A DNA stretch of 64,000 bases from Eledone cirrhosa (GCA_964016885.1 OZ024742.1:331204001-331268000); one strand, 5' to 3'; shown: positions 14,658-30,182, numbered from the stretch's first letter. Numbers and translations: made by a program. The notes: generated from the letters alone by a model not told the origin.

Positions 14658-14711
14658 CAAAATATATATATATATATATATATGTATGTATATGTATATG
14701 TATTTATACAC

Positions 14712-14817
<106 letters not shown>

Positions 14818-17677
14818 AGATAGATAGATAGATATATAGATATATATATATATGTATATATGCATATATATATATACATGTGCATATATACTATATGTAT
14901 ACATACACACGCAGATATAATATATATAGCCATATGTATATGTATGTTTGCATGTATGTATGAATAACTATTTGTATATCAATCTCTCAAATTGTCTGCG
15001 TGTTGTGGAATTGACAAATAAAGGAGAATAATATATTTAGATAATGCAAGACTTTTTCGCTCTAAATAGTCGAACATAATATCCCGAACATATGACCTTT
15101 AATTTTCTGACACTGATAACTGATGTGCGCCAAGATATTGTTAAAATTTCCCTTTCAGATATTGTGCTATTTTTCGAAATTAGCTTTCTTCTGACGTGAT
15201 TTTGAAATACTTGAATAATTTTAACTGTTCTTTTTAAAAGATGGTTAGATATGTAATGTCAATGTACATGAACTATGCATTATATTCGATAGATGTACGA
15301 ATGCTCTAATTTATTATTCGACATCATCATCGATTATTCAGGGAGACTATAGACAAAGAACCATGTTTAAAGGAACTACTTAATAATGTTGGAAAGATGT
15401 GATACCATCGTGATGTTCAGACAACGGTTAGACATTCCTTTCATTTAGCGAGACTCTAACGATTATTGTAGCTGTTAAAGGGGGTCTAGAGTGAGGATCC
15501 AGCAAGATAATAGCGAAACGGTGATTATGAAGGAATCCTTTCAGGCATTCACATATTACATAAGGAGAATAATGCCTGTAAGTGTCTACTTTAATATGTA
15601 TAATTTCAGACAGGATAATCAGATATAACTTACGTGTTATTATGTTACTGAATTTTGTAATTTCCTGTAGAAAGCTCTTAGTTCTCTAATGTGATAAGAA
15701 TGTTCCCTAACAGGCATTTCAACAGTATATCGGAGTTGCCATATAATTATGATGTTGATTTCAAACCTGTACTGCGACAATTTGATAGTAACTTCATCAA
15801 TTCGTATCAAAGAAATAAATATTTCATCTTCTATAATTTGCTCCATCTTTTCTTCTCGTTGCTTTATATGGCGGATAAAATGTGACATTTCGTATTTCAG
15901 TCCATAGATCCACTTATTTGAAAAGGAAATGTGTTAAACTATAACACAAATGCACGAATGAAGTAGCATCAAACAGACCGTTGATTTTCCCATGCACTAA
16001 TTCAAGCATTTTAAAAATTCTCTTAAAAGTAACGCATACATTTCGTCTCCAAATTACGATGCGATTTCAGAACATTACACTCAAATACCTCAGACACAAG
16101 AGAATAATGTATAAAGTACATTAGGATTTTTAAAAAAAGAATCTTGTACATATACAATTCTAAATATCACTGAAATCTCCAGAAATACGTTGCTATACAA
16201 AATCTTCTTATCTTTCTTAAGAAATAATATAAAACTATTAATTCCCAAGTTTCCAGGACTATATGGTGTAAAGGTTTTTGTGTGAAGGATCGCAAGGAAT
16301 TACTTACACGGTTAACATTTCTTTTTTTTTGTTATTCGTAAGCGAAATATGGGTACACGGTCTCACGCTCAGCAGACATCAGAGTCTCATCTTCTCCTAT
16401 AACTTTGGTGCTGTTGTTTCTCTAAATATTTAGTAATATAGAAGAATATAATAAGATCTTTCTAACATTTTAGATGCTGTGGCTATGCCATTTGTAAGTT
16501 TCAGAAGAACATCATCCCTGTACGAACTTCCACCAAATTTCAACAATCATATCCATCCCAAATGGAAGCTTTTAACATGACTTCATCATTGTCGTATCTA
16601 ACAAGTGTCCATTTGAAATTTGCATGAATAATTTGGTCCCACAATCTTGGAAAAACTTAATGAGAGACATGTTGAAGTTTCTTCCTCCCTCTACATCTAA
16701 CATACATGAAGGTCATGTTTGTATTCCAAAGCTCTAATGTCAAACATTGATTCCTAAACGTGATATATAGCTAATCATAATTTCTCATTGTCAATCCATG
16801 TTATTAAATACAGTGAAAAAACAATTTATTTATGCTCAGCCAATAATTATACTTTTGGGGCTGATGAGGACTCTTGGGGATTTTAATTCAACTGGTTTTA
16901 CAATTGGATAAATCTGAAGTTTAATGTACATGGGATTGTTGAGGAACAATCTCTATCTCATTTCCGTCTTGATAGGATCCATGCTAATAAAGCATCGTTC
17001 CACTTAAGGGCTTAACATATGGAGGAATATTCCACCTGCCGCTATCTTGTAGCTCTTTGTATACTGCAATATATTTTGATAATGGCAATCTAAAAGGCTT
17101 GCAGAGGAACTGTATTTTATATTCTGTAAATCCGGGATTAATAGAAGGCTGGCAGTTTATCGATTTCTACTGTGCTAAGGTTAGGCATTATGCCCGCTAC
17201 CCAGTTAATAATGTTTAGTCGTGAATTTGTTTATTACTAAAAGGTCCGTTTGAATAAATATTGTTTCATATTGTTGATGAGACTTGTTAAAATGTTAGAG
17301 AAACAGTGAAGTATGAGCATTCTAAATATTTGAAGGAACTACAAATGCCTATTATACGTAACATTCTTCCAAATGTTTCATCTCCTCGATTCATTGTAAA
17401 TTCTTGAATTTTCCTTTGCTGATATAGACCGCTTATTCAACAAACTTCAAGCATTGTCTGTATTTAGAAAAACACTACATCGTGCCCTAATACTGACTAC
17501 TGTCCAGTCGGTTTCATTTACAATATCTCAAATGTATAAGAGACACCCAATAAATGTAACTTTCACTACACATCTTCATCTCAATGCCCAACAATATGAC
17601 TATTGTAAAGCCAGGCCTACCGGAAATCTATTTTCTTATTGCAATCACTAATAGGCTCTCACAATATAAATACAAAT

Positions 17678-17763
17678 AATTGTTTCTACTTTTGGCACAA
17701 GGCCAGCAATTATCCAGTACATTACTGCTACTTTATTTTATCGACCCCGCAAGGATGAAAGGC
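17678..17763 (-). mobile_element. SINE 3' fragment
   Basis: tgtttctacttttggcacaaggccagc...atcgaccccgcaaggatgaaaggc. Confidence 0.85.
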
Positions 17764-18149
17764 GTAATAAAAATAATGTTGCATTCCCCATCAGCTGTAA
17801 TTCGATCGCGTCTGTCATACGAAGCCTGTCAGAACATTTCTCCTTTGTTAAAACATTATTTCGCTGGCTGCTGAAGTTGTTCTCAACTTGCTATGCCTTA
17901 TATTTCGCACTTCTTCCTATGGCTCTGCCTATTCTACATCAATTAGTTACAAGGCGTCAAAACCAACGAAGCTCATACTTATACAAATGATACCGCTATT
18001 CATTCTTATGGAACATAGCCTAACCCAGTGTCATCCGTTTAAATCCATCCCATTAAATCCAATACCAGCTTCAAAATCATCCACTATCTAGATGCTGTCT
18101 CATTCATCTCCTCAAACTGTAAAAACACAGATGCAAAGCTACAATTATT

Positions 18150-18830
18150 AGTTCAAGAAAACATCATCTCCTCGCTTACTCTTTAATCACAAACACCCAG
18201 GAGGGCTCCAAATTTCAAGCCACATAATCACTGAAGGTCGCCCATGATTAACGAAAAACATTAGAATTGCTATGAAGACGTTTCACAGGCTACTCCTGCA
18301 TTTTAGGATCATAAAATATTTATAGACCGAACAATTATCGACCTGTATGTACCTCCTATCAGTCTCACATTAAAGCACTCGACCAACGTCTTGAACGGTG
18401 CCACTCTTTCTGGCACGTGCGAAATCGTCTGAATTAGGGCGAATAACACTTCGGGTTATCATCTGAAAGACTAACTAGCCTTTCGCCCAAATGATCTGCT
18501 GTCTCTTGACACTGTAGTAATTGCACACAAGTCAGAGGAAACAGCACGGCCTTTGACTAAAGGCTCGATAGTATTTATGCCGATAAGCCTTTTAGATGGA
18601 TGTGGAAGATTTTTTCCACTGCTACAGTTATTACTTTGGTATCCGATCATCGGCACTTATGTTTCAAACACAAGATCTCAAAAAATTCCTGATCCATTCT
18701 TCTCTCCTATTTTTATCATACATGCAACAACGCAGATACCGTTGTAATCACTGCATGTCATCATTCCGACTTAGAAGGTAGGTTTCCTTGAAAGTTCAAC
18801 ATGATCATGCATTACTAAACAGTGGAATTG
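18150..18830 (+). pseudogene. Highly degenerate non-LTR (CR1/Jockey-like) RT relic
   Basis: Remnants in the expected order: NNYRPV (~18329), AFR..DLL (~18478), AFD (~18548) and a GxPxxS-like motif (~18779). Confidence 0.45.
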
Positions 18831-19892
18831 CAATTAAATCAGAACTTTAACAACATCGATATCTCCGGTCTTTGTATTTTGTGATCTGCTTCTTCATATA
18901 CAGCTACTTCGAAACTGATAAAATACAAGATAAAACTTCGCAGTAATGCAACCATTACAATATAACCGCATAATGTTTTCAATATGAAAAGAAACATGAT
19001 AATTCTGTTTATTTAATAAAATAATGTAAATATAATGATAGTATACCAACGAATTATATTAAATTACCTTATGAATATATACGAAGTAGACAACCGAATA
19101 TAGAACTCAATTCGTTTTTAGTTTTTGCCAGATTTAAAATAGAATGTTGTAGATTGCCTGAAGCATTGTGTATAATTTATAATGTAGAAAGTTAGTTGTT
19201 TTAAGAAGACTAAGACAATGCAAAATTGACTGTAAAATTCAGTTCAAATGAAGGCAACGAAGATGTTTTTATGTTACCTGGTATTTATTTTGCCTCATAA
19301 TATTTCTGGATTTAAAATCCCTTCCTTAGAGGGTGGGGAAATCGATTGATGTAGAAACTGCAAGAAACAGGAGAATGACGTCAATTGCCATACATAGAAA
19401 CAAATTGCTTGTTAATTGTTACATTTTAGCGGCGTATGTGTAGAGGCATGTGTGAACACTTATGTTAAGTAATGGGTGCAGGGTTCTAATCTGTTGTTGA
19501 TCTACGGGTTGAGAATAGATCTAAGCAATTCTTTCTTTTATCTAAATTCGCCCTAATGTTCACTCTGTTTTCAATACTGATTATGTTTTTGTTGTGGTTT
19601 CTTATTTACCAAGGTGTTTTTTTTAATAAGGATGTGTGTGTACTGATGGGTCCTTTAATACAGATGTTGAGTGGTCGATTCATACTACCAATATAGAACT
19701 CCTTTCATTTGGCGCACATAATTGTCGTGGATAGGGAAGTGAGTTAGCGTGCATTGGTTGTTGTCACTGGATGACATTTTAGGTAAGCGTCCCCTCAATG
19801 AGGGGCCGGAATAAGCTAATTGTATGTCCAGTAATTCCTTGCGGGTGGCTCTATGGATTGCTGTGGTTATGTCTCACTCAAATGGCTAGGGG

Positions 19893-20280
19893 ACCTTGAG
19901 GTATTCAAGTTTCACTTGGAAAGAAAGGTGAGGGTTGAGAAGGAAGTGCTTTCCAATATTTCCTTTGATATTAGGTGGGTTTATGTCACGAGAATGGTCC
20001 CTGTGAATGGGCCTTCGCTAACCATACATCAGAAATCTGGCTGCTTTTAAAAGAAGAGGGGTGTCCTCCTTGGGTGCACTCTTAGTTCAGGATTGGATGG
20101 TCTCCTGAGTCATCATTGGGGGATACGCCCCCATATTGAGTAACTTTCATTGTTGTAATTCTTTGATTATTGTTATTGTTTATATATTGTTTTCTCGATT
20201 CCATTGTAAACTCACACTTTCTTTTCGTGTTGTATTTTCCCCTATATGACAGCCCTTCTAGTCAACATATGAACCAATTA
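19893..20280 (+). mobile_element. L1/Tx1-like LINE 3' end fragment
   Basis: FKFHLERKVRVEKEVLS..F.IRWV.V.RM resembles the Tx1-like ORF2 C-terminus (recalled pattern), followed by a 3' UTR. Confidence 0.55.
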
Positions 20281-20385
20281 CTATCCTTTTTATTATAACT
20301 GATGTATATGTCATATTTACATTTTCTAGCTATCCACATTTGTGAAAACACATGTAGACACACGGACACACCGACATTTATACAC

Positions 20386-20444
<59 letters not shown>

Positions 20445-21404
20445 AAAGATAAGATAAGATCAGCAATATCTTATAATCCTCTAATATCTGTATCATATCA
20501 GTTTTCAGGGAAAGAGGGAAAACTCTAAAAACATATACCTACACAAAGAACCAACGAAAAGAGGCCAAGTAAACAAGTCAAATAAAGACAAGATATTTGA
20601 AAGAAGAAACAAGATATTCTTAGCAACGACATGTCCCATTTAATATATGATAGGGAAAAATCGCTGCATATCGTGAAAAAATAGCATATGTGTGTGTGAG
20701 GGTTTGTGTGTGTATGTGTTTGCGTGTTCGCGTGTGTGTGTGTGTGTTTGGATGTGTGTTTGTGTGTGTGAGTAGTATATATGTACACACACACGCACAC
20801 GCACGCATACATATATATTCATGTGTGTGTAATGAGAGAGAGAGAGGGGGAGGGGGGGGGGGGGGGAGAGGGAGGGAGGGAGAGGGGGATAGTGAAGGAG
20901 AGATGAAGAAAGGATGGAAGAAAAGAGACAAGAGTGTGACAGAATGCGTAAATAAAGATCAGAGAATGGAAAATCCATAATGGTGAATGGCATAGAGGAT
21001 ATAAACTCAATTTGTTTATTATTTTCTATGGATTTATATATTAGGTTCACGCTAGTTTTTCTTTACATGTGAAGTTTTCTTTTTATTTCGTTTCTCCTTG
21101 TTGTTATTGCAATTTGAAATGTTCTTATTATTTATATCATCATATTCATTATCATCATCATAGGTGTTGTTGTTGTTGTTGTTGTTATTATTATTATTAT
21201 TATTATTGATACTGTTGATAAGTTAATATGCGTTTTTGTATTAATGGGATCTATATAAAAGTTGAAAATGCTTTTTGCCATTCTGCTCTTAATCTCTCTT
21301 TCATTTTCTCTTTTTCTCTTGTCGTCTCTTTATCTATCTATATATCTATTTCCCTGTACATATAACTACCTATCAACCTATATATTTGTTTTTCTCACAT
21401 CACC

Positions 21405-21522
<118 letters not shown>

Positions 21523-21994
21523 GATAAGCAGAACAAGTAAAATTCAATCAATTTTTCAAAATACATTAAAAAATATAATATAAATATTTACCTCTTCTAG
21601 TGGCCCTTATATATATATATATGTGGGGGGGTGTATGTGTGTGTGAGTGTGTGGGGGCGTGTATGTGTATGTGTGTGTGTATGTGTGGGTGCATATGTGT
21701 AAAACTGTGGGTTTGTATGAGTGAGGAATAATGGAAGAATAACTCCGAAGATGATATAGATGCTTCTATAAGATTATTGTTATAGTTGTGGAGGTTCATA
21801 TTTGTGTAATATTGCCAGAATTAATAACAGAATATAAGAATAGATATATATATAATAACTCCGAAGAGGATATATACGTTTCTATAAGAATACATGGATA
21901 AAATGCAAGAGGGGTAGGTTAATAAAAATGGTGAAAACGTGGCTCAAGCTACATTATTAATATTTAAATAGTTACGTCCAGCATAGTTACGTTC

Positions 21995-22133
21995 AGCATA
22001 GTTACGTCCCTTTACGATCTGAATTCAAATCCCGCCGAGGTTGACTTCGCCTTTCATCCTTACGGGGTCCATAAAATAAAGTACCAGTAATGCACTGGGT
22101 AATTGCTGGCCTTGTGCCTAATGTAGAAACAAT
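21995..22133 (+). mobile_element. 5'-truncated SINE with a stuttered 5' junction (agcatagttacgt repeated)
   Basis: Matches the SINE consensus; about 15-bp unit repeated at 21968-22010. Confidence 0.88.
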
Positions 22134-22242
22134 TATTAATATTTAAATATTTCTACATATTACAATCTGATAATTGACTCAAGGAAGAACACACGCACGC
22201 GCGCTCACGCACACATACACACACACACACATATACACACAA

Positions 22243-22282
<40 letters not shown>

Positions 22283-22809
22283 GTATCAAATATTTCTGTG
22301 TGAACAATTTCTGTGTGCGTTTTTGTTTGTGTACCTGTGTGTGTGTGTGTGTTTGTTCAAGTATATGTGCGAGAGCGCGGTTATGCACGTGTGAATGAGA
22401 CAGCAATATAAATGCAAGCAACACATTTATATACATATGTGAAAATAAATTGCGGTGATTGTACATGTGCATTGTCTTTCTTGTTATTCACAAATATATA
22501 TCTTCTATATCCATGCACTTACATAATACCAAGATCATATTCTCATCGAAAAGAAGATATGCATACGTGTTTTATAATCTGCGAGTAAAAGCCCAATAGT
22601 GTTGTCAGTATATCATACATGAGAAATATTTTGTTTGATTTATAGATACCCAGTCGAATATTCTACACAACCAAAAGTAATTGAAATCTGGAATGACAAA
22701 AAACTCTTTCCTAAAGGGTTACTAGTATTACATATACATATATATTTCTTTTTGCATGTCAGGCATTTTAAATTCTTATTCGCAAACTCAATCAGTGTTG
22801 TAGATTTTC

Positions 22810-24290
22810 CATCCTAGTCTTTCTATTGAATATACGCTCATAAAGTTTTAAGGTTTGTTTGTAGATTTGTAATTCATAGTGTTTCATGGCTAAGTTGGCG
22901 TATATTTTTGTAAAGTTTGTGCGCCTGGCTGTTCCCGATTTTTGTCGGTAGGCTTTTTCATGTAACATGAAGTAGTTCCATTTTTTTAATAAATTGAAGA
23001 CTGTCTATTATGAAATGTTTGTCAATACAGTTTGATAGCACAGGGAGGAATTAATCCAGCCATTATTTGATAGCCTTGATTCCATAAATGTGTGGAATGT
23101 TACTATATAATTTCAAAACATATAAGTGATTTGGTTTATTTAGTTTGATAGATGGTTGTGTATATCTAGATGATCCCACCTGCAGCACCAGATGTGTATG
23201 AGCAGAAGTTTCAATAAGGTGTTTAAGAAGTTACTTAGGCAATGTGTCTCGAAAATCAGGCATGATATTATGGATCTTAGTTTTAACCCGGTTGGTGTGG
23301 GTATATTTACACAATTGCTTTACATCTTTTTTCGAGACTTATTATTCAGTTCTTTCTTGCGTATTTTTGGTAATCCATACATATTGCTTATTTTACGCCT
23401 AAAATTGGTGAGATAGTATGTTTTCTTATCGGATAGACTGTTTCGGAATGGAGGTAGAACGCGATTTCCTTATTTCTTCACGTTATGAATTTTGTATTCA
23501 TTGGTTTCATTATATTATGTATTATTCTGCACAATGTGTGTTGGTTTGTGGGCCTATAATCAAAACAGAGCCTTCTTTGTTAGCGTCTTTTATGACAATT
23601 TTATTTCCATTTTTAAATCGATTAGATGGTGTCATTGCTGTCCGTTGAGGTTGGGCTGTGTTTGTAGTATTTCCATTATGTCAACAAGAAAGTTTGGAAT
23701 GTATTCACAAAATTCACCAAGGACTCCCTTTCTGCATTTTGGGGACTGATAATAATTTTCGTTATTTAAGTAGTGATTCACCCTTGTATTCCTTTCCTGA
23801 GAATATTTCAACTATTTTGAGTACTATGCAGACGTCCAAAATATCGTCTTTAATTTCTGGTATGTTGGGTTTAGAGGAGTTGGCTTAAATTTTAATTCTT
23901 TACTTAGAATATATATTTGTATTGATGGTAATGATTTTTTCAAGGATTGAATATTTTATTTTTTGGCACTGTAAACCCTCTCTGTCCTTGTATTTCTGGT
24001 GTCTTCCTGAAACATTTTCGTCATTGAGTATGGGATTCCTCTATATTTTCGTATTGTCCCTATGTATGTTGTAGTTATCCTCTTCCTTGTATTTGTTCGT
24101 TATATTAGTCTGAGAAAATGTATGTAATTGAAATTGCGGGACTTGCCCTCTCTGAGATATATGTGCGTTGTTCTGTCTTCATATGTATTGTATTTCTTTG
24201 TTATTATTTCTTTCGGGGTGGTTTTGTGTTTATCCTCAATTATTTAGACACATTGGAGTTTAGTTTGAGTTATTTCCAAATGGTCCACTA
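22810..24290 (-). pseudogene. Degenerate PLE reverse transcriptase (N-terminal part to motif B), Neptune-like
   Basis: Minus-strand translation gives KDANKEGSVLII, YGLPKI.K, LRSII....ETHCLSNFL..LLK, LYSNIPH..GI.AI and NYF.....YRQKSGTA......YANLAM. Confidence 0.85.
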
Positions 24291-24648
24291 TTAATAAGTT
24301 TCAAAGATGATGAATGATTAGGGTATTAACTTATTCGTCTCATATCAAGGTTTATGTCAGAGATTAGAATATATTGCTGATTTCTTTGATAAAACGAATC
24401 GGAATTCGATGAAAAATCCTATACAGATATATGGAGAGGACATACTTTACGAACTTTCAATGTCAACCCATTCTACGGATAACCGTTAATAACTAATCAG
24501 ACTAGATTTAAGAATAGTGTCTTTTTCCTCGACAAATGTTTTCATTACGTACTGTACCTAAAATAAAAACATATTAGTGGCTTTTTTTATATTTATCATT
24601 CCACCTATAAAAACTGATTTGTATAGATATCTCTAATCTTCCAACATT

Positions 24649-25410
<762 letters not shown>

Positions 25411-25411
25411 G

Positions 25412-25865
25412 AGAGAGAGAGAATTAATACATCTACCAACATATGCGTACAGATGTACGCCAATACTAGTAAATATATAAGTCATGTCAAAGTACCTAGG
25501 TGGTTCAATGCAGCGGGATGCAGAACAATTATATAAAAGACGTATAATTAGAAAATTTTAAAAATTAAAAATTAACTTACTTACTAAAATTTTCACTCCA
25601 ACTAATTAGTTTCTGTAATGGGATAAATATAGTTACACAATGTAACTATCGTGAATTCATTACGTCATCGGGAGTCTATTCTCAGCTAAGTTCCCAGGCA
25701 ATGCGCGGACACTAGGAACCCATATAAAAATAATAATTCAGTGGATGTAATAAGCTAGCGGGGACTAAATTCCATAGCACTGACCAGAGGCAGTGAACTT
25801 TTTAAGAAGTGAAATTTTAGTAAGTAAGTTAATTTTTAATTTTTAAGATTTTCTTATTTTACGTC

Positions 25866-25870
<5 letters not shown>
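25412..25870. mobile_element. Second, diverged foldback unit of the same family, tail-to-tail with the first
   Basis: 25412-25780 is antisense to the family; a snap-back at 25781-25800 is followed by a sense arm at 25806-25870. Confidence 0.88.
25595..25675 (-). ncRNA. Hammerhead ribozyme (diverged copy with a compensatory stem II change)
   Basis: Stem II gtaatg/cattac versus gcaatg/cattgc; the core reads actcccgatga (1 nt short). Confidence 0.7.
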
Positions 25871-25931
<61 letters not shown>

Positions 25932-26106
25932 ATACTTGGGGAGGATCATAATATTGCCAGAAATAATAACAGAAGACACTCACTCTTTGGTCTGTTTTCG
26001 CTTCTCTATCATTTATATCTCCACAGTTAATTTATTTGGCAATCAATGTTTATCATTGATTGACCAGTGGTTAAAAATACACCTATAAATATATATATAT
26101 ATAGTC

Positions 26107-26150
26107 TATCAAAGTTCTTTCGTCGCATAGCTGCAACATCATTAGTGGTA
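26107..26150 (-). ncRNA. Degenerate hammerhead ribozyme
   Basis: tacca-CTAATGA-t gttgca gcta tgcgac-GAAAG aa CTT-tgata; G5 is mutated. Confidence 0.6.
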
Positions 26151-27426
26151 CTATTATGTTTCCTTCCATTGTATTACATGTAATGTCTACGCGATTTTTT
26201 ATTGAATTAAATTATTTATTCATTCTTCTCTCTGTCTCTGCGCGTACGTTTGCGTGTGTGTATAATGTTTGATGTGTGTGTTCGCGTTTGATTGTATGTT
26301 TTTGTTTTTGTATTCTGACTTTGTTCACTAGTGCGTGGTTATATGTTTGTTGTTATTGTTCTTGTGTATATATTTATGTATGTATTTATTTATTTATTTA
26401 TATTTCCCTTAATCCATATTGTTTGTTTCGGTCGTTGTTGTTATTCCATTCGTTCTTTCTGTTCAACTTCGGTCTTCTTAGGTACAGCCAAAAAGACAGA
26501 ATCAGAGTATACAAAGTGCCACGGAGAAATATAAGACACCCATAGAAATGGACATGAAAAGAATGTGCCCATTATGCAGGAGCAAACGATGGGATAGCAA
26601 ACGATAGGACTAAACATGAGGGAAAGACACTTCATGATACGACAACCGAAGATACCAGAGTGGCATGTTCGTGGATACTACCCCTGGAGGGAAATTAGCT
26701 AAGCAAAGTAGAAAGGCTCTAAGAAAGACCTCTAAGCATTAAAGTGGTAGAAAAGCCAGAAACTACCATAAATTCATTGATCAGCAAGACAGACCCCTTT
26801 AAGAAATCCTACTGTACAAATAAGAAATGTAATATATGTCAAATGAACCCCCGGATAAATTGTAAAATTAGAAATGTAGTGTATAGCATAAGATGTACAG
26901 AGGTACCTTGTAGAAACATGACAAAACATACAAGAAAGAATAGACCAACACTGGGGGAAACTAAAAGGTAAACAAAAAACGGTTCAGTACTATATGACCA
27001 CGCCAGACAAATACATGACTGTAATATAGACAATATAAACATTAAAATAACATCTAAGTATAAAAATGACTCAACAGGTAGACAAATCAGAGAAGCAACT
27101 GAGATAGAACTAAGAAAACCGAAGTTGAACAGAATGAACAAATGGAATAACAACAACAACCATACCCAAACAAAAAATACTGACTTAAGGGTATATAAAT
27201 AAATAAATATATACCAAAGTACAATCACAACAAACACATATAAACACACACTTGCGAAAAAAGATAGAATGTATAAACAAAAACGCATACATTCAACCGC
27301 GAAACAAAACATTATACACACACGCAAACGCATGCGCAGAGAGAGAGACAAAAATAAATAAATAAATTAATTGATTAAATAAAAAATGGCGAGGACATTA
27401 CAATACAATGGAAGGACACATAATAG

Positions 27427-27470
27427 TACTACTGAGGATGTTGCAGTTGTGCGGCGAAAGAAATTTGATA
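27427..27470 (+). ncRNA. Hammerhead ribozyme
   Basis: tacta-CTGAGGA-t gttgca gttg tgcggc-GAAAG aa ATT-tgata. Confidence 0.65.
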
Positions 27471-28038
27471 GACTATATATATATAGTTATATCAATATAC
27501 CATCCATAGTTGTAGCTACTGATAAACATTTACTAAAATATAACGAATGTAATGGAAAGAAAAACCTTAATATTAATACTCACAACACATGCACCTTGGA
27601 ATATTACCGGAACAATTATCACATTGCATCCACCATAAACTTCATAGAAATTGCTTTTCATACCCACATTTCTATGTCTGCTTAATATGCTTTTATACCT
27701 GTATTGTATTATGTGATACATTTACCATACTGTGATATATATGCTTAGAACCATTGCTTGTTTCTTACCTGGTTATTCTGTACATGCCTAATACCTCTGC
27801 ACTCTCTCCATACGTTTGCTTATGTACCGCAAATGTCTTCGTTTTACGAGTAACTTTCTTCTTTAATTTCTCTATGATTGTTGTATTATTATTTTATAAT
27901 CTTTGTCGCATCCACTGATATTGACTACCTCATCTTCACTCTTTAAATATGACATTGTTAGTGACAACACTAACATCTACGTATCTTTACGATTGTTCTG
28001 TGGAATAGGAATTTAATTATATGTCTAAACTTTGCTAG

Positions 28039-28085
28039 TGCTCCGATGAAACCAAACAAAAGTTTGGTAGAAACGATTGTCAGCA
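28039..28085 (+). ncRNA. Type I hammerhead ribozyme, U4C variant, in a PLE-like 3' end (about 27540-28230)
   Basis: tgct-CCGATGA-a accaaac aaaa gtttggt a-GAAAC gatt GTC-agca; downstream motifs (cggctc, attgagctat) are shared with 37320-37360. Confidence 0.8.
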
Positions 28086-29926
28086 ACAAAATATTTTGAA
28101 CATGGTTTTGATTATTCTGTAATTTATAATCCGGCTCCGTAAAACATCTAATGTATTTATATTGAGCTATTTTTCTTACTGGTAATAAGGTGGTAATGAA
28201 TTACTGACCTTTCCTGTTTATAATTATATATAGTATATATATAAGTATAAATAATATTATTATTATTATTATATGTGTGTATGTATATTTACATATATAC
28301 ATATATATATATAAATACACCCACGTACACACATATTACATGTATGCATATATGTGTGTGTTTTTGTATGTATAATTATATTTCGGATTGCATCTGATGG
28401 AGTATGGATTGCAAAAAGCAACATTTGGTCTGTGACGTTGATGAATATATTGTTTTGTATGTTGTATCATATAATTCTTCGTATTATCTTTTTCTCAATG
28501 TGAAGCTATATTTTCATCTTATTATTATAAATTATTGTAACTGTTTATTACAGTCCTACAAAAATCGTATTGCAGATATTTTACTAGCAACCTTATGTCT
28601 CGAAATGTACAGCGTATTTCCACATCTTCACGTCAATACTTCTCTTTCATGATATTTGGAGCATACATAGATCATCCATAGCATTACTTTGTTTTTATTT
28701 AATGTGGTATGTGATTTTGACTCTTCCCTCTTTGAGTTAAACCCAATATCAACCATACAAAGATTTTGTGATGTTATTTGTTCTAATACTTACTTTAAGT
28801 TTTTAATTCAAATCACTGGTGTATATAAATAAATGAAGAATCATTAGAAACTCGCTAAATTGAAATGTACATCTACGTCTTGCGATATCATACACACACT
28901 AACCTAAATATATTTGAATAGGTTTATGTAATTTAAGTGAAATATTAACAGATACCAACGGATTCAACTCCAAAATGTTTTAAATGTGCCTCAATTATAT
29001 CTGTAAAAGTGTTCAACATTTCAAATCACAACACCCCCTGCTCCCATAAATTTCGTATTTTGGTACATAGTATTTCCAATTCAACTATGTCCTTCATTCC
29101 CTACTATAAGTTTGATTTAAACTTGCAACCAATCCGCATTACCATTGATTGGCCAAATACCTACAAATATCCCAATATTATCGAAGGAATGTTCAACTTT
29201 CAAAGAATACCAAGGTCAACGTAATGTTACAATTATGACTACACCTAGTTTACATACTGATCCTTGGACGCCATTCATTGGCAAAAGTTTCAAAAGACTA
29301 GCAATTTTGCGAACATCTTACACACTAGAGTCAACTTTCTAACACATCCAAAATGGTGTATACACCAATGCATATCTCTATATATGAATATTTGTGAATA
29401 AGAAAATATATGTTCGTACGTATATATGTATGCATGCGAGTATGTATATATGTGTCTGTGTTCGAAGGTGTGCACGTCAATATTAATCTAGAATGTTACC
29501 TAGCTTTAATATAATTATCATCTCGAACATTCTGTGATGAGATCCGTGAGCATTATTACCCAGCAGTATTGGATAATGAATTAAAAAACCATACACATCT
29601 CATAGGCTATAACAATGCCTGGAAACACATGTCAGCATCACGAATATTTAATAAATGAATTACTGAGGAGCATCAATACATATACCTTAGTTGTTTTTTT
29701 TTTCGACAGACGTGCCTATGTATAACAGCGTGGACTACTTTTAATAGATAAATTAATCACACTCGGTGATACACCTGGAAGTATCGGATAATTTTGATAA
29801 AATATTCTAAGCATTACGTCGACCATAAGGTGCCTTATTCCGTTTGTATATATACATCTATGCAACAATACAAACGCTAAGAGTTATCTACAAAAAAACA
29901 TGAATATGAAACTTAAATCTCATACA

Positions 29927-29995
<69 letters not shown>

Positions 29996-30086
29996 CGAAG
30001 TAAATGTGGTAAGGAACCAGATGGACCATAATGCACCAAAGTACTCAATACTTGGGGTAGTAGAGTGGGTAATATGAACGAGTAGG

Positions 30087-30182
30087 ACCCCGACGGCTGA
30101 GTTCATGCCGTTTCGACGGCTAATTCTGGACTAAATGAACATTTTTATCCCGGTAAATGAATAGCCGAACTTCTCAGGGGGT
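30087..30182 (-). ncRNA. Hammerhead-like motif with atypical CUGAGAA core
   Basis: acccc-CTGAGAA-gttcggcta[..]tagccgtc-GAAACggc...gccGTC-ggggt. Confidence 0.6.

Larger units (their letters stand above)
26100..27480 (+). mobile_element. 5'-truncated PLE with inverted pseudo-LTR; Naiad-like thumb/linker/GIY-YIG relic
   Basis: MFVDTTPGGKLAK...KVVEK...DPF...C-x4-CxxC...NC...NVVYSI.C...GETKR...H...RQIREA..I...LN...WN; 26100-26481 is a diverged inverted copy of 27110-27480. Confidence 0.85.

Noticed and set aside
16858-16900. CTGATGAG motif
   Set aside because: No stem II-GAAA-stem III follows.
28400-29900. Possible very old PLE RT relic (YYP..L; LL.DKLI..G)
   Set aside because: The motifs are too degraded to support a call without a profile search.
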